From an uncultured Bacteroidales bacterium (GTDB lineage: Bacteria > Bacteroidota > Bacteroidia > Bacteroidales > Paludibacteraceae): DNA of 64,000 bases. Shown here piece after piece: positions 25,986 through 34,940 of the stretch. Each line of letters begins with the position of its first letter. Position 1 is the first letter of the stretch. The position numbers were made by a program, and so were the translations under genes. Below the pieces are notes generated by a model. The model was not told the origin of the DNA and did not search any database. It saw only the letters and a list, made by a program, of their open reading frames with translations. The stretch is taken from contig CAMIZG010000004.1 of the NCBI GenBank assembly GCA_946403215.1, positions 7,454 through 71,453 on the forward strand. Reading direction: 5' to 3'.

Positions 25986-27479
25986 CTACAACTGATAGAA
26001 CCCTGCATAAACGATGCCGACGGCTATCTGTGGTTCGTCGTTGTAGAGCTTGCCGATTGTTCCGTCTGCGCGCGTGCCTTGTTTGAGTATGCTATAGGAG
26101 AACTCCGCCTTCACGCCTATCTGCTTGATGGGGAAGTAGTTGATACCAACTGCTGCGCGATGACGGCCGCAATATGTGTAGGTGTTGGCGGGTAGAAGCA
26201 TTGAGTCGTAGTAGTCGTAGCGTCCGAACAAGTAGAACTGCTGGTGCTTGTCTACCATTTTGGGGCTGAGGCTAAAGAAGTCGTACCCTGCTTCCAAGCC
26301 TACTGCTATCACATCGGATGCAACATCTTCCTTCTTGGATACACTGCCGCGTCGCATGGATTTGTTGTATTGCGAGATGAGTGCCGCGTCGCTCAGGTGC
26401 CCGTATGTTGCACTGCCGCGCATGATCAGGCCGTAGCCCTTGTATGCAAAGTCGAATGAGCCGATGCTCACTGTACCGCGTACGTCCTTGTATTTGCTTG
26501 CATCGAGTTCGGAGTTCGTCTTGCTGAGCGTGTTGCGGAACGAGTTGCCGCAGTAGCCGCTCAGGCTCAATCGCAGACCTTCCACGCCTGTGTAATCGAC
26601 GCGTGCAGCGCCGGCAAACACATTGGCTATCTTGAACTCATACGGGCTGCCGGCACCGGTCTTTATCCAGTTGCGCTTGCCAAAGCGGTCGCTATCCAGA
26701 CCGGGGAGGAACATCGCCTGGTAGTGCCATCCTCCCGGGGCAGAGCCCATGAACGTGAGTGCTACTTCGTGCCATGTGCTGGGTAGTATGGTGAACTCGC
26801 CCTCGTTCCTGTAAACGCCGAAATACTCGGTCGATTCGTGGTGGGCGTTCAGTGCACCTACCGGTATGACCTGCATGCCCGCGCGGATGATGGCGTAGCG
26901 GTTAAATCGTTTCTGCAACCAGAACTGCTCCAGTGCCACCTCGCCGCCGCGTTCTATCTCGCCCTCGTATTCGCCACCTTCCTCTTCCTCAATCTCGATG
27001 GCACTCTCTGTACCGCCGTGTTCGAACTCAATCTCCATGCCTGTGCTCCAGCCCTTGCCGAAGTCGTAGCCGAGGTTGAGTACCACGTGAGGCAGGTCGA
27101 ACTCGCCGTATCGGTCATTCGCGAACCGAGATGGGTCATTCACGTAGCGCAGGTAGTTGTTGGAGAAGAAGCAGTACTTGGCGGTTACTTCTCCGTAGCC
27201 GCCTATAGTGAACCGTCCGCGACGCTTCTCGGTTTTTGCCTCTTTGCTCTCGGTTGTTGCCTCTCCGCTCTCAGCTCTCCCCACTTGTTGGGATGCCTCT
27301 TGCGTCTTCTCCACGCTCGTTTCGTTGCTTTCCACTTTCGCCTCAAGCTTCTCTAAACGCTGAATAAGGGCTTGTAGGTCAGCGGAGCTAACCTTAATCG
27401 AGTCATCTGCCTGTGCTGTTAGAATACAGGTTATCAATGCAATAAATAAGATTTTGTACTTCTGCATCGCTCTTTGCAT
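25986..27479 (-). CDS. Porin-like outer-membrane beta-barrel protein with N-terminal coiled coil
   Basis: 497 aa; an alternative ATG at 27467 gives MQKYKILFIALITCILTAQA. A coiled-coil/acidic segment (LQALIQRLEKLEAKVE) is followed by alternating-hydrophobic beta-strand sequence with many aromatic girdle residues. The family assignment (OprO/P-like) is tentative. Confidence 0.6.
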   Translation of the reverse strand: MQRAMQKYKILFIALITCILTAQADDSIKVSSADLQALIQRLEKLEAKVESNETSVEKTQEASQQVGRAESGEATTESKEAKTEKRRGRFTIGGYGEVTAKYCFFSNNYLRYVNDPSRFANDRYGEFDLPHVVLNLGYDFGKGWSTGMEIEFEHGGTESAIEIEEEEGGEYEGEIERGGEVALEQFWLQKRFNRYAIIRAGMQVIPVGALNAHHESTEYFGVYRNEGEFTILPSTWHEVALTFMGSAPGGWHYQAMFLPGLDSDRFGKRNWIKTGAGSPYEFKIANVFAGAARVDYTGVEGLRLSLSGYCGNSFRNTLSKTNSELDASKYKDVRGTVSIGSFDFAYKGYGLIMRGSATYGHLSDAALISQYNKSMRRGSVSKKEDVASDVIAVGLEAGYDFFSLSPKMVDKHQQFYLFGRYDYYDSMLLPANTYTYCGRHRAAVGINYFPIKQIGVKAEFSYSILKQGTRADGTIGKLYNDEPQIAVGIVYAGFYQL

Positions 27480-27523
27480 ATTGCATGGCTGCGTTCGTGT
27501 TGCAGCCTAACTTTTTTCAAATG

Positions 27524-27531
27524 CAAAGATA
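27524..27531 (-). promoter_or_regulatory. Candidate -7 promoter element for the OMP/imelysin/DUF1111/ccsBA operon
   Basis: Minus-strand TATCTTTG (TAnnTTTG) lies ~45-57 nt upstream of the two candidate ATGs. A GGCTGC/GCAGCC hairpin (27487-27507) lies between the box and the start codon. Confidence 0.35.
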
Positions 27532-27767
27532 CGCAATTTTCATCATATCTGCAATCCTTATTTGTAGGTATTTTACCTGCTTCACAACAATCCCTTGCTG
27601 ACGAATTTATACTGTTGCATTCCGCCATAGCGTCAGGACGCGAAAAGTAAAAACCAGACCCATGCTTGTGCGTGAGTCCGGTTTGGGATGCTTACGGTTA
27701 TATGTCAGTTACTCGACCACCTACCTGCCCTTGGACGTCCTATCGCAATTGGGCAGGCGTATGCGCG

Positions 27768-28634
27768 TCAGCGCGTCATGAAACGGATGGTATAGGTAAG
27801 TGATTGACGGCGGTAGTTGCCCGCAAAGACGTGATCGGCGCCGCTGATAACGTGGTACTCGCAGCGGCTGCCATAGATCTCGTCGGAGGCCGCGCGGTCG
27901 GAGACGGATTGTGGTACGGTGGTATCCGCCGAGCCCTGAATGAGGAGCACCTTGCCGCGGAAAGTGCGAATGCGGTCGTACACGCTGCCAACCAGTGGCC
28001 ATATATCAGCGAAGTAGGGGTAGCCCACCATGACGCCGCTTAAGGGGAAAAGTTCGGGGGCTTTGTCGAGCGAACCGATGTAGCCGGCAATTATGTCGGG
28101 GATATTCAGCGCGGGGTAGAACAGGCAAATACGCTCTATATCATCTGTTCGCTTAGCTGCCACCAGTGCGGTGACCAGGCCGCCTTGGCTGTCGCCCATG
28201 AGGCAGATGCGTGAGCGGTTGATGTCATCGCGGGCGAGGAAGTGATCGAGTACTGCCTCCAGATCCCGGCACTCGGTGAGCACGGACATCTGAGTGGTGG
28301 CGCCGTCGCTACGGGAGAAGTTGCCTCCTCCGCAGAAGTCAAAGGCATAGACCATATACCCCAGTTCCGCCAGGGCGGGGCAATAATCGTAGGAGTTGGC
28401 GTGCGTGCCGCCAAAGCCGTGGCTCATGATGCACAGTGGACGTTTGCCGGTTACGCCCTGCGGTGTGTAGAGGATGCCGTAGATGCGTTGCGTGCCATTG
28501 GTGGTCCAGAGCTCCTGCGTGGTGTAGGTGTACGTAGGCGCTGCGGCTTCGGGAAGGAAGTCGTCGGCAGTGTAGCGGCACGCGTTGAGCAGGAGCGCTA
28601 TAATGGCAAGGAAATATAATTTATAATTTGACAA
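27768..28634 (-). CDS. Alpha/beta hydrolase (dienelactone hydrolase / S9-like), lipoprotein
   Basis: 288 aa with TTG start, lipobox LLNAC and nucleophile elbow GDSQGG. A later GSADTTVP and a C-terminal His region are present. Confidence 0.75.
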   Translation of the reverse strand: MSNYKLYFLAIIALLLNACRYTADDFLPEAAAPTYTYTTQELWTTNGTQRIYGILYTPQGVTGKRPLCIMSHGFGGTHANSYDYCPALAELGYMVYAFDFCGGGNFSRSDGATTQMSVLTECRDLEAVLDHFLARDDINRSRICLMGDSQGGLVTALVAAKRTDDIERICLFYPALNIPDIIAGYIGSLDKAPELFPLSGVMVGYPYFADIWPLVGSVYDRIRTFRGKVLLIQGSADTTVPQSVSDRAASDEIYGSRCEYHVISGADHVFAGNYRRQSLTYTIRFMTR

Positions 28635-28658
28635 TGTAACAATTTACTGTTTTACAAT

Positions 28659-29333
28659 TTACAAATTGTGGCGTGAGAGGTTGAACAGGCAGGTGAATGT
28701 GACACCGAGGGTGATGGGGGCGAGGCGAGCGGCTGTGCTCTCGTCGCAGATGAGGTAGGGTACTCCGTCTGCATAAGGGCCCTTGCGCTGGATGGGGCGT
28801 TCGTTTAGTAGGCCGCAGTCCATGTATGCCGCCAGCATGAAACGGGTCTGTCCGTCAGCTGAAGCTCCGACCTCCGCGCCTACCTCGCCGCGGCAGCGCA
28901 GTTGAGGCATGCGGGTGATGGAGTAGGGGTGCTGATCAGGCGTACGTTGCACGCGGCCGAACGCGCCGAATGAAACACCGCCGCCGGCGAGGAAGAAGAA
29001 CCTGCCCCATTGGCCGCCGAAGAGGATGGGAACGAAGATGTTCACGCTGTGCAGTTGTTCCTGAGGGGCGGCGAGGAACGCGTAATCCGTCTCGACACCT
29101 GCGCTGAAGCGGAAATGCGACTTGCCGAGGCTGTAGCTGATGCCTATAGCCGGCGATACACCTTGCCATAGCCGCACTGCCTGCGGTTGGTCGGCAGGCG
29201 GTACGTGGCAGGACAATGCCGCATAACCCACCTGCGCATTCACCGCCAGATGGTGCGTCAGCGGCTGCTGCGCAAAGGCGGATGCCGGCAGCAGCATGGC
29301 AAGGAAGAGCAATATGATTTTAGAATTTGACAA
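28659..29333 (-). CDS. Hypothetical secreted protein, possibly a small outer-membrane beta-barrel
   Basis: 224 aa with TTG start and signal peptide LLFLAMLLPASAFAQQ. Sequence is Gly/aromatic-rich and alternating. No family was recognised. Confidence 0.5.
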   Translation of the reverse strand: MSNSKIILLFLAMLLPASAFAQQPLTHHLAVNAQVGYAALSCHVPPADQPQAVRLWQGVSPAIGISYSLGKSHFRFSAGVETDYAFLAAPQEQLHSVNIFVPILFGGQWGRFFFLAGGGVSFGAFGRVQRTPDQHPYSITRMPQLRCRGEVGAEVGASADGQTRFMLAAYMDCGLLNERPIQRKGPYADGVPYLICDESTAARLAPITLGVTFTCLFNLSRHNL

Positions 29334-29334
29334 T

Positions 29335-29985
29335 TTATGATTTACAATTGGATTGAGTGAGGAGTTCGGAGGGGTAGTTGATGAGGCACTCTACGCCGGC
29401 GGTGAGGAGCTGTTCGCGTGGGACGAAGCCCCATGAGCAGGCAATGAAGGGCACACCGGCGTTGCGGGCTGTGTCGCGGTCAACAAGACTGTCGCCGAGA
29501 TAATGGACAGTTGACGATGGCCTGTTTAGACGATTGCAGATGTCAAAGACAATTTGCGGATCGGGTTTGCGGGGGATGCCTGTGCGCTCGCCAAGGATGA
29601 CGTCGAAGATGCCGGGGAAGAAGTGGTTGACAATCTTTTCTGTAGCAGCCTGATACTTGTTGCTGGCTACAGCCAGCAGGTACCCTTGCTGCTTGAGGGT
29701 GGTGAGGAGTTCGGGGATGCCGTCGTAGGGGCGGGTGAAGTCGCAGTTGTGCTCGTTGTAGTAGGGCACAAAGTGCTCACGCACCTTTAGGATGTTCTCC
29801 TCCGTCTGCTCTCCTTCTGGTAGTGCGCGCCGGATAAGGTTGTTGATGCCATTGCCGACCATGGCCGGGTAAGCTTCGATGGAATGTGTGGGATAGCCGA
29901 CTTGCGCCAGCGCGTGATTGCACGCGTAGCCCAAGTCGGTTATCGTATTGAGCAATGTACCGTCTAAATCAAAGATGAAGAGCAT
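29335..29985 (-). CDS. HAD-IA family phosphatase (phosphoglycolate phosphatase-like)
   Basis: HAD motifs FDLDGTL, VASNK and GDSLVD are present. The track ORF begins at a GTG (30030); the ATG at 29985 places motif I at the N-terminus as usual. Confidence 0.8.
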   Translation of the reverse strand: MLFIFDLDGTLLNTITDLGYACNHALAQVGYPTHSIEAYPAMVGNGINNLIRRALPEGEQTEENILKVREHFVPYYNEHNCDFTRPYDGIPELLTTLKQQGYLLAVASNKYQAATEKIVNHFFPGIFDVILGERTGIPRKPDPQIVFDICNRLNRPSSTVHYLGDSLVDRDTARNAGVPFIACSWGFVPREQLLTAGVECLINYPSELLTQSNCKS

Positions 29986-29995
29986 TGCCTGGTAA

Positions 29996-30121
29996 TTAAA
30001 GGATCTCACCTTCGCCAAAGCCTCCGCCACCGGAGTGGCGAATGATTCCTATATCATCCATTATACCTTCGCTACGGAAGTTCATCACCTCACTTTGAGG
30101 AACTATATATGTTTTACGCAT
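29996..30121 (-). CDS. Candidate 41-aa small ORF (unverified)
   Basis: Own translation: MRKTYIVPQSEVMNFRSEGIMDDIGIIRHSGGGGFGEGEIL, from ATG at 30121 to TAA at 29996-29998. It fills the otherwise unexplained gap between the 1210-aa gene and the HAD gene. It is below the ORF-track size cut-off. Confidence 0.25.
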   Translation of the reverse strand: MRKTYIVPQSEVMNFRSEGIMDDIGIIRHSGGGGFGEGEIL

Positions 30122-30167
30122 ACGAATAATCTTTTTAATAGTTAAACCATTCATTGTACCTCAATCG

Positions 30168-33100
30168 TTATTTCACCAGTACACCCTGGATAGTATATAC
30201 GGTGTCGCCACGGCGGATGAAGAGCTGGCCGTCACGGATGAACTTGCTAACCGTACCGTCTGCGGCGTTATGGTCAATCGAGGTGGTTGTTTCTGTTTCG
30301 TTGATTACCAGTCGCAAGCGTCGTTCGGGAGCAGGAGTGCCCGAGTCTTTGGCCAGCTTCAGGTACGCTTTACCGGCAGGAATGTACTGACCGGTGTAGA
30401 GGAAGAAGCCCGTCTGGTCATAGAGATCGGAGCGACGGAGGCAGAACACATCGTAGTCGGCATGAACGGCAGAGATGTCGGTGCGTACGGCGCAGCCGAC
30501 GAGGTCGTTGTCGGACATGTCAGGTCCTGATGCATCTGTGAGAGCAAAGTGATACTCGGTGTTAGCCGTACCTCGGAGCAGCACACCGGCGTAAGCAGGA
30601 ATAACGCTACCGATATCGGTTAATACGAGTTGCTCTTCATCTCCAATTTTTTGGTACTCGGCCTTGTATGCAGTAAGACCGTCAGGCACGGTAACATTTC
30701 GCGCTGAAGCATACGAAGCCCAGTTGTCCACATTCGTTGTGGCTTTAGCACGCCAGAAATATACATTGTCGACAAATAGTTCGCTACTTCCGTCACCACT
30801 ATCGAACTTGAATTGGAAGATGTTGTTCCATTCAATATTAGCACTAGCAAACACGCTCAACGGAATATCGAGTGATGTCCATACTCCCGGTGTTAATACC
30901 TGCGCGGTAGACAACTCGCGTCCCGGGCTAATAGGGGTAATACCTATACTGGTCATTGACGGTGAATAGATATCTACGTGTACAAACTGCATATCTGTTG
31001 CATTTACTGCCGGAGTAAGTTCCCAGCCCAGATAATTGAAGTTACGGAAGTAGAAGACATTGTTGGTTGGCGTGAACGGAATGGACGTAGCCACAGTTGA
31101 CTGTCCCCATCCACCGATGTTTATTACGGGTCCGCCAGCAATATCATCGCAAAATATGTCGGCACAATCCTTACCAGTGAGGATAGGTGCTGGCGGCGCA
31201 GCCGGCAGTGCACGTGTTGTGAGTTCTACCATTACCGGACTTGCCGCATTTCCGGCATCATCCTTTGCAATTACACTAAGGTTGTAGTGCGTTCCGGGAG
31301 TCAAATTCGGAATATCGATTGTTACATTTGCTCCGCTGTCTCCTCCGCCAGTAGCCAACTGAGTTTCACCGTTCTTAATAACATAGAGGACGGAACCGGA
31401 GTTGTCCAGAGCAGAGACGCGTATACTGGCAGATATGAATGAGGTTGATAACAATGTTGCGACAACATTGGTTGGGCTTTCGCTATCCACGTATGGTGTT
31501 TCGCGGTAGAAATATACGTTGTCCACAGAGAATACCGATTGAGCAGAATATCCCGTAAATTGATTTTGGAACAATGCTGTCGGATCAAAGCTACCATTGG
31601 CATCTCTAAGGTCAGATATCGGAATATCAATAGAATTCCACTTGCCGGCTTCAACGGTGCAGGGTACACTTGCAACAACGGAACCGGTAGATGTTGGTCC
31701 CATGTAGATAGTGCCGTCTTCCGATGGCCATATATCCACATGAACGAACTCCATTGTAGCTACAGAGATTGTAGCGAACTGCCATCCAATCATACCGGTC
31801 ATGGTACCATTATACTTGAGGTAGTGGTTGCCAGCGATAGCTTCTTCGGTCATTGTGGGAGGATTGTACCATCCTTCATTATAACTATTCAGCGATGCGG
31901 GGGCGAATGTATAAGTGTCGCTATAGAGGCTCTTGACTTGATCAGCCGGCCATGTTGGAGTAGGAGCAGCTACAGTAGGTACAGCAGAATAAGCATCGGT
32001 TGTAACGGCAACTGTTTTGTTGTTGGCCGACTCATTTTGGGCTGCATCCATAGCGGTGATAGTGAAGTTGTACGCTGTTTCTGCAGCAAGCCCGGTAACA
32101 ATAATCTTGCCATCTGCCGGAACGAGTTTGACATCTACCGCCGGAGAGGTGTTGACTACGTGGTATTTGGTAACCTCCACGTTATCTGTTGCGGCAACAG
32201 CAATCACGGCACTCTTGGATGACTTGCTGACCAAACTGGCGGAAGTCATAACGGGTGCCTCTGTATCACCACTATCCACCCATCCGGTACCAAAGACTTT
32301 CATGTCAAAAATCTTCATACCCCACTGGGTGGCTGCACGTGTGCTCCAGAAGCGGACGTAACGCACTTTAGTGTTGTTGGTCAGCGAGGTGAGGTAATCG
32401 GTGTGATCATTTATGCCTTCTGAACCTACATAATTGTAGCCGGTATCCCAAGTGCTATTGTCCTCAGAAAAATCCAGATGGTACAACTCCGAGCAAGCGC
32501 CTTCGAACTTGATGGTTACAAGGTTAATGTCATAGAAGTTACCTAAGTCTAATGTGAACCATGCGTCAAACGTACGCGAAGCTTGGTCTGCAGCTGTCCC
32601 GCCAGATGCACTCCCTTGGTAAACGGACTCCTCATTGGTATCAACAGCGTAGAACGCATCTGTGCCGCTTGGCGAAAACTCCGACTGATCGATTACTTTG
32701 TTATCTGTACTGATGTTTGTGCTCAAGGCGAGGTTTGAGCCCGCATAACCGCAAATTGTTACAGCAGACGAGTAAACTGAACCATTGTATGCGCGGATGT
32801 TGGCTGCACCTATTTGGTCTGGAATATAAGTACTTCCGCTCATGTGACCGGCTGCAGCAGGAGTAATCTCCCACGAGACACTTTCTGCCATGTTTTGGCC
32901 GTTTTGGTCTTTTGGCTGTGCGGTAAGAGCAACACCTGCGCCATCGACCTCTGCGATTGATGCACCGGCAGTTAGGTCAATGGATGTAAGTACACTGACG
33001 CCCGGAAATAATACGCGGAACTCCCAGAAGCTATATCCGTATCCGGTGCCGCGTGCCGTACCATTGAATCGTACGTATCGGGCTGTCGTTTCTGAGAACT

Positions 33101-33800
33101 CCAACGTCTGCTCATAGGGAAAGCCATCCAAAACCTGATCAGTTACCGTCTTAACAGTTGTCCAACTGCTATTGTCATTCGATACATCAATAGTGAACGT
33201 TTTGCCGTACGCTCCTTCCCAACGAATCTGAACGGTATTGAATATGCGTTTTCGTCCTAAGTCAAGAGTCCAAGTCTGAAGATCGGAAAATGCACTCTCC
33301 CAGCGCGTGCCGTTATTTGCGTCAATAGCCTCCCATGCATTTCCGCTGGTAGCTGAAGCCCAACCTCCATTCGTCTCCAGAGCAAAGTTGGTGTCATACA
33401 CATTGGAAGGTACGATATCGTTCAAGTACGCTGTTCCGGAAGCGCCATCTTTATATACGTAGAAAATGTACTGTCGGTGGGTGGCGTCCACCACCAGGAC
33501 TTCTGTTTCTTGTGCTGTAAAGGCGGATACATACATGCACAATCCGGCACCTTGAACAGCATAATTCCCTGTTCCTAATGAGCAATAGGTGATGGCTCCA
33601 TCAAATGTTGAGTAGATACCTGCCTGAGACGCAAAACCGGGGAGTTGGATGTTGACGTATCCATGCTCAGCCATTTTGTACTTGTTTGTATTGGATGCGT
33701 CGCTTGAGCCATTAACAATCCAATCGTAGACACTCCAGTTGATGGCAAATGTCATCACACTTGCGCATAATAGCGCAAAAAGAAATGTTAATTTTTTCAT
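30168..33800 (-). CDS. Large multi-domain surface protein (two discoidin/F5-8 type C, Big_2, FN3-like, three CBM-like beta-sandwich repeats) with short C-terminal tag
   Basis: 1210 aa with signal peptide MKKLTFLFALLCASVMTFA. Discoidin-like segments end RYVRFNG...FWEFRVL and VRYVRFW...IFDMKVFG. Repeated modules contain MEFVHVDIWP / MQFVHVDIYSP. C-terminus is SKFIRDGQLFIRRGDTVYTIQGVLVK. Confidence 0.8.
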   Translation of the reverse strand: MKKLTFLFALLCASVMTFAINWSVYDWIVNGSSDASNTNKYKMAEHGYVNIQLPGFASQAGIYSTFDGAITYCSLGTGNYAVQGAGLCMYVSAFTAQETEVLVVDATHRQYIFYVYKDGASGTAYLNDIVPSNVYDTNFALETNGGWASATSGNAWEAIDANNGTRWESAFSDLQTWTLDLGRKRIFNTVQIRWEGAYGKTFTIDVSNDNSSWTTVKTVTDQVLDGFPYEQTLEFSETTARYVRFNGTARGTGYGYSFWEFRVLFPGVSVLTSIDLTAGASIAEVDGAGVALTAQPKDQNGQNMAESVSWEITPAAAGHMSGSTYIPDQIGAANIRAYNGSVYSSAVTICGYAGSNLALSTNISTDNKVIDQSEFSPSGTDAFYAVDTNEESVYQGSASGGTAADQASRTFDAWFTLDLGNFYDINLVTIKFEGACSELYHLDFSEDNSTWDTGYNYVGSEGINDHTDYLTSLTNNTKVRYVRFWSTRAATQWGMKIFDMKVFGTGWVDSGDTEAPVMTSASLVSKSSKSAVIAVAATDNVEVTKYHVVNTSPAVDVKLVPADGKIIVTGLAAETAYNFTITAMDAAQNESANNKTVAVTTDAYSAVPTVAAPTPTWPADQVKSLYSDTYTFAPASLNSYNEGWYNPPTMTEEAIAGNHYLKYNGTMTGMIGWQFATISVATMEFVHVDIWPSEDGTIYMGPTSTGSVVASVPCTVEAGKWNSIDIPISDLRDANGSFDPTALFQNQFTGYSAQSVFSVDNVYFYRETPYVDSESPTNVVATLLSTSFISASIRVSALDNSGSVLYVIKNGETQLATGGGDSGANVTIDIPNLTPGTHYNLSVIAKDDAGNAASPVMVELTTRALPAAPPAPILTGKDCADIFCDDIAGGPVINIGGWGQSTVATSIPFTPTNNVFYFRNFNYLGWELTPAVNATDMQFVHVDIYSPSMTSIGITPISPGRELSTAQVLTPGVWTSLDIPLSVFASANIEWNNIFQFKFDSGDGSSELFVDNVYFWRAKATTNVDNWASYASARNVTVPDGLTAYKAEYQKIGDEEQLVLTDIGSVIPAYAGVLLRGTANTEYHFALTDASGPDMSDNDLVGCAVRTDISAVHADYDVFCLRRSDLYDQTGFFLYTGQYIPAGKAYLKLAKDSGTPAPERRLRLVINETETTTSIDHNAADGTVSKFIRDGQLFIRRGDTVYTIQGVLVK

Positions 33801-33824
33801 TGTATCAAGAATTTAAGATTTTGT

Positions 33825-34877
33825 TCATAATTGAATGCCACTAACATTATACCGCACACCATTCTTTTCGATGTACAGCACGCCGTTAAGCATCACCTTG
33901 CGGACAACCGGATGCATGAACTGATCGGCCACTCCCGTCGTCTCGCCATTGGATGCACCGACGGTGTAATCGACATCAATGCGTGCAGCATTGCCGGTGT
34001 ATGCTATGTAGAAGAAGAACGGCAGCGCTGTTCCGTCCTCATACTCATCGGTGGTAGTATAGGTTGCGCTCTTGCCCTGCAACTGCATTCCACGGAAAGC
34101 ACCGTTATTGATGTTAATCTGCGGGTTGGCACCCTCCAGGTCTTTATCCCAACTGATAGCAAAACTCAGCGTATGGTCTACATTGCGGGTAACGCTCCAT
34201 GTAAAGGTTGCCACCTCCAGAACATCCTTGCCTGACCATGTAGAAGGTGTGAGATGTTCCTCGTCCTTGAAGGTTGCTGTAACAGTCACATTGGATGCCG
34301 GCATATTGAACTTACCTTTGTTAACCTGCACTTCGTTCTCATCGGCATCGGTCACCTGCCATTTGGCAAGTTGTTTGCCTGCATCAGGTGTGGCGGTGAG
34401 TACCACTTCTGTGCCATAGGTCGCTTTTTCCACACTTGCAGAAATCGAACCTCCGGAGAGAGGCTGCACCACGGTGATGGTATATTCTGTAACGTCGGTA
34501 GAGCATAATCCCCATTCTATGTCCTTGAGCTCGCCGAAGTTCACCTCACCGGGCATCATCACATATAGCGGCGTATAGAAATTAGGATCAGTTGCCGACG
34601 TAAACGTGATTACCAACGACTTGTTACCTTCACCCTTTGTCATGAACTCCCGCAGGTCATGGTTACCGTCACTCAGGGTCATGAACGAGCCACCGAGACC
34701 GGTGAGTTCAACATCCGCCTCGATTGTCATCTTGTACGTGCTGCTCAATAGTTCGCAGGTCAGATAGATGGTGTTATCTCCCTGCGTGAGAGGTTCGTGA
34801 CAATACTGCTTTGCCTGCATAGTTACAGACACTAATAGCGCAACGGCTACAGACAGAACAGAGAAAAACTTTTTCAT
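33825..34877 (-). CDS. Secreted protein with Cys-bracketed N-terminal module, Listeria-Bacteroides (InlB B-type) repeat and short C-terminal tag
   Basis: 350 aa with a type-I signal peptide. The central GGSISASVEKATYGTEVVLTATPDAGKQLAKWQV...VTVTATF matches the Flg_new/InlB B-repeat pattern. C-terminus is VRKVMLNGVLYIEKNGVRYNVSGIQL. Confidence 0.7.
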   Translation of the reverse strand: MKKFFSVLSVAVALLVSVTMQAKQYCHEPLTQGDNTIYLTCELLSSTYKMTIEADVELTGLGGSFMTLSDGNHDLREFMTKGEGNKSLVITFTSATDPNFYTPLYVMMPGEVNFGELKDIEWGLCSTDVTEYTITVVQPLSGGSISASVEKATYGTEVVLTATPDAGKQLAKWQVTDADENEVQVNKGKFNMPASNVTVTATFKDEEHLTPSTWSGKDVLEVATFTWSVTRNVDHTLSFAISWDKDLEGANPQININNGAFRGMQLQGKSATYTTTDEYEDGTALPFFFYIAYTGNAARIDVDYTVGASNGETTGVADQFMHPVVRKVMLNGVLYIEKNGVRYNVSGIQL

Positions 34878-34940
34878 GATAGTACGTATTAATTGTTATT
34901 GGTAAGCATAGGCGGAAGCCGGTCGCCTACGCCTGAATGG

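Noticed and set aside
27533-27549. Fur-box-like AT-rich segment (minus strand GATATGATGAAAATTGC) next to the candidate -7 box of the imelysin operon
   Set aside because: It matches only about 11 of 17 positions of the classical GATAATGATAATCATTATC consensus by eye and lacks dyad symmetry. That is not enough to call an iron-responsive operator.
27434-27628. 64-aa Cys-rich ORF in the 288-bp intergenic region upstream of the porin-like gene
   Set aside because: It overlaps the 5' end of the porin-like gene and the candidate promoter and 5'-UTR hairpin, and it has no signal peptide or recognisable motif. It is more likely chance.
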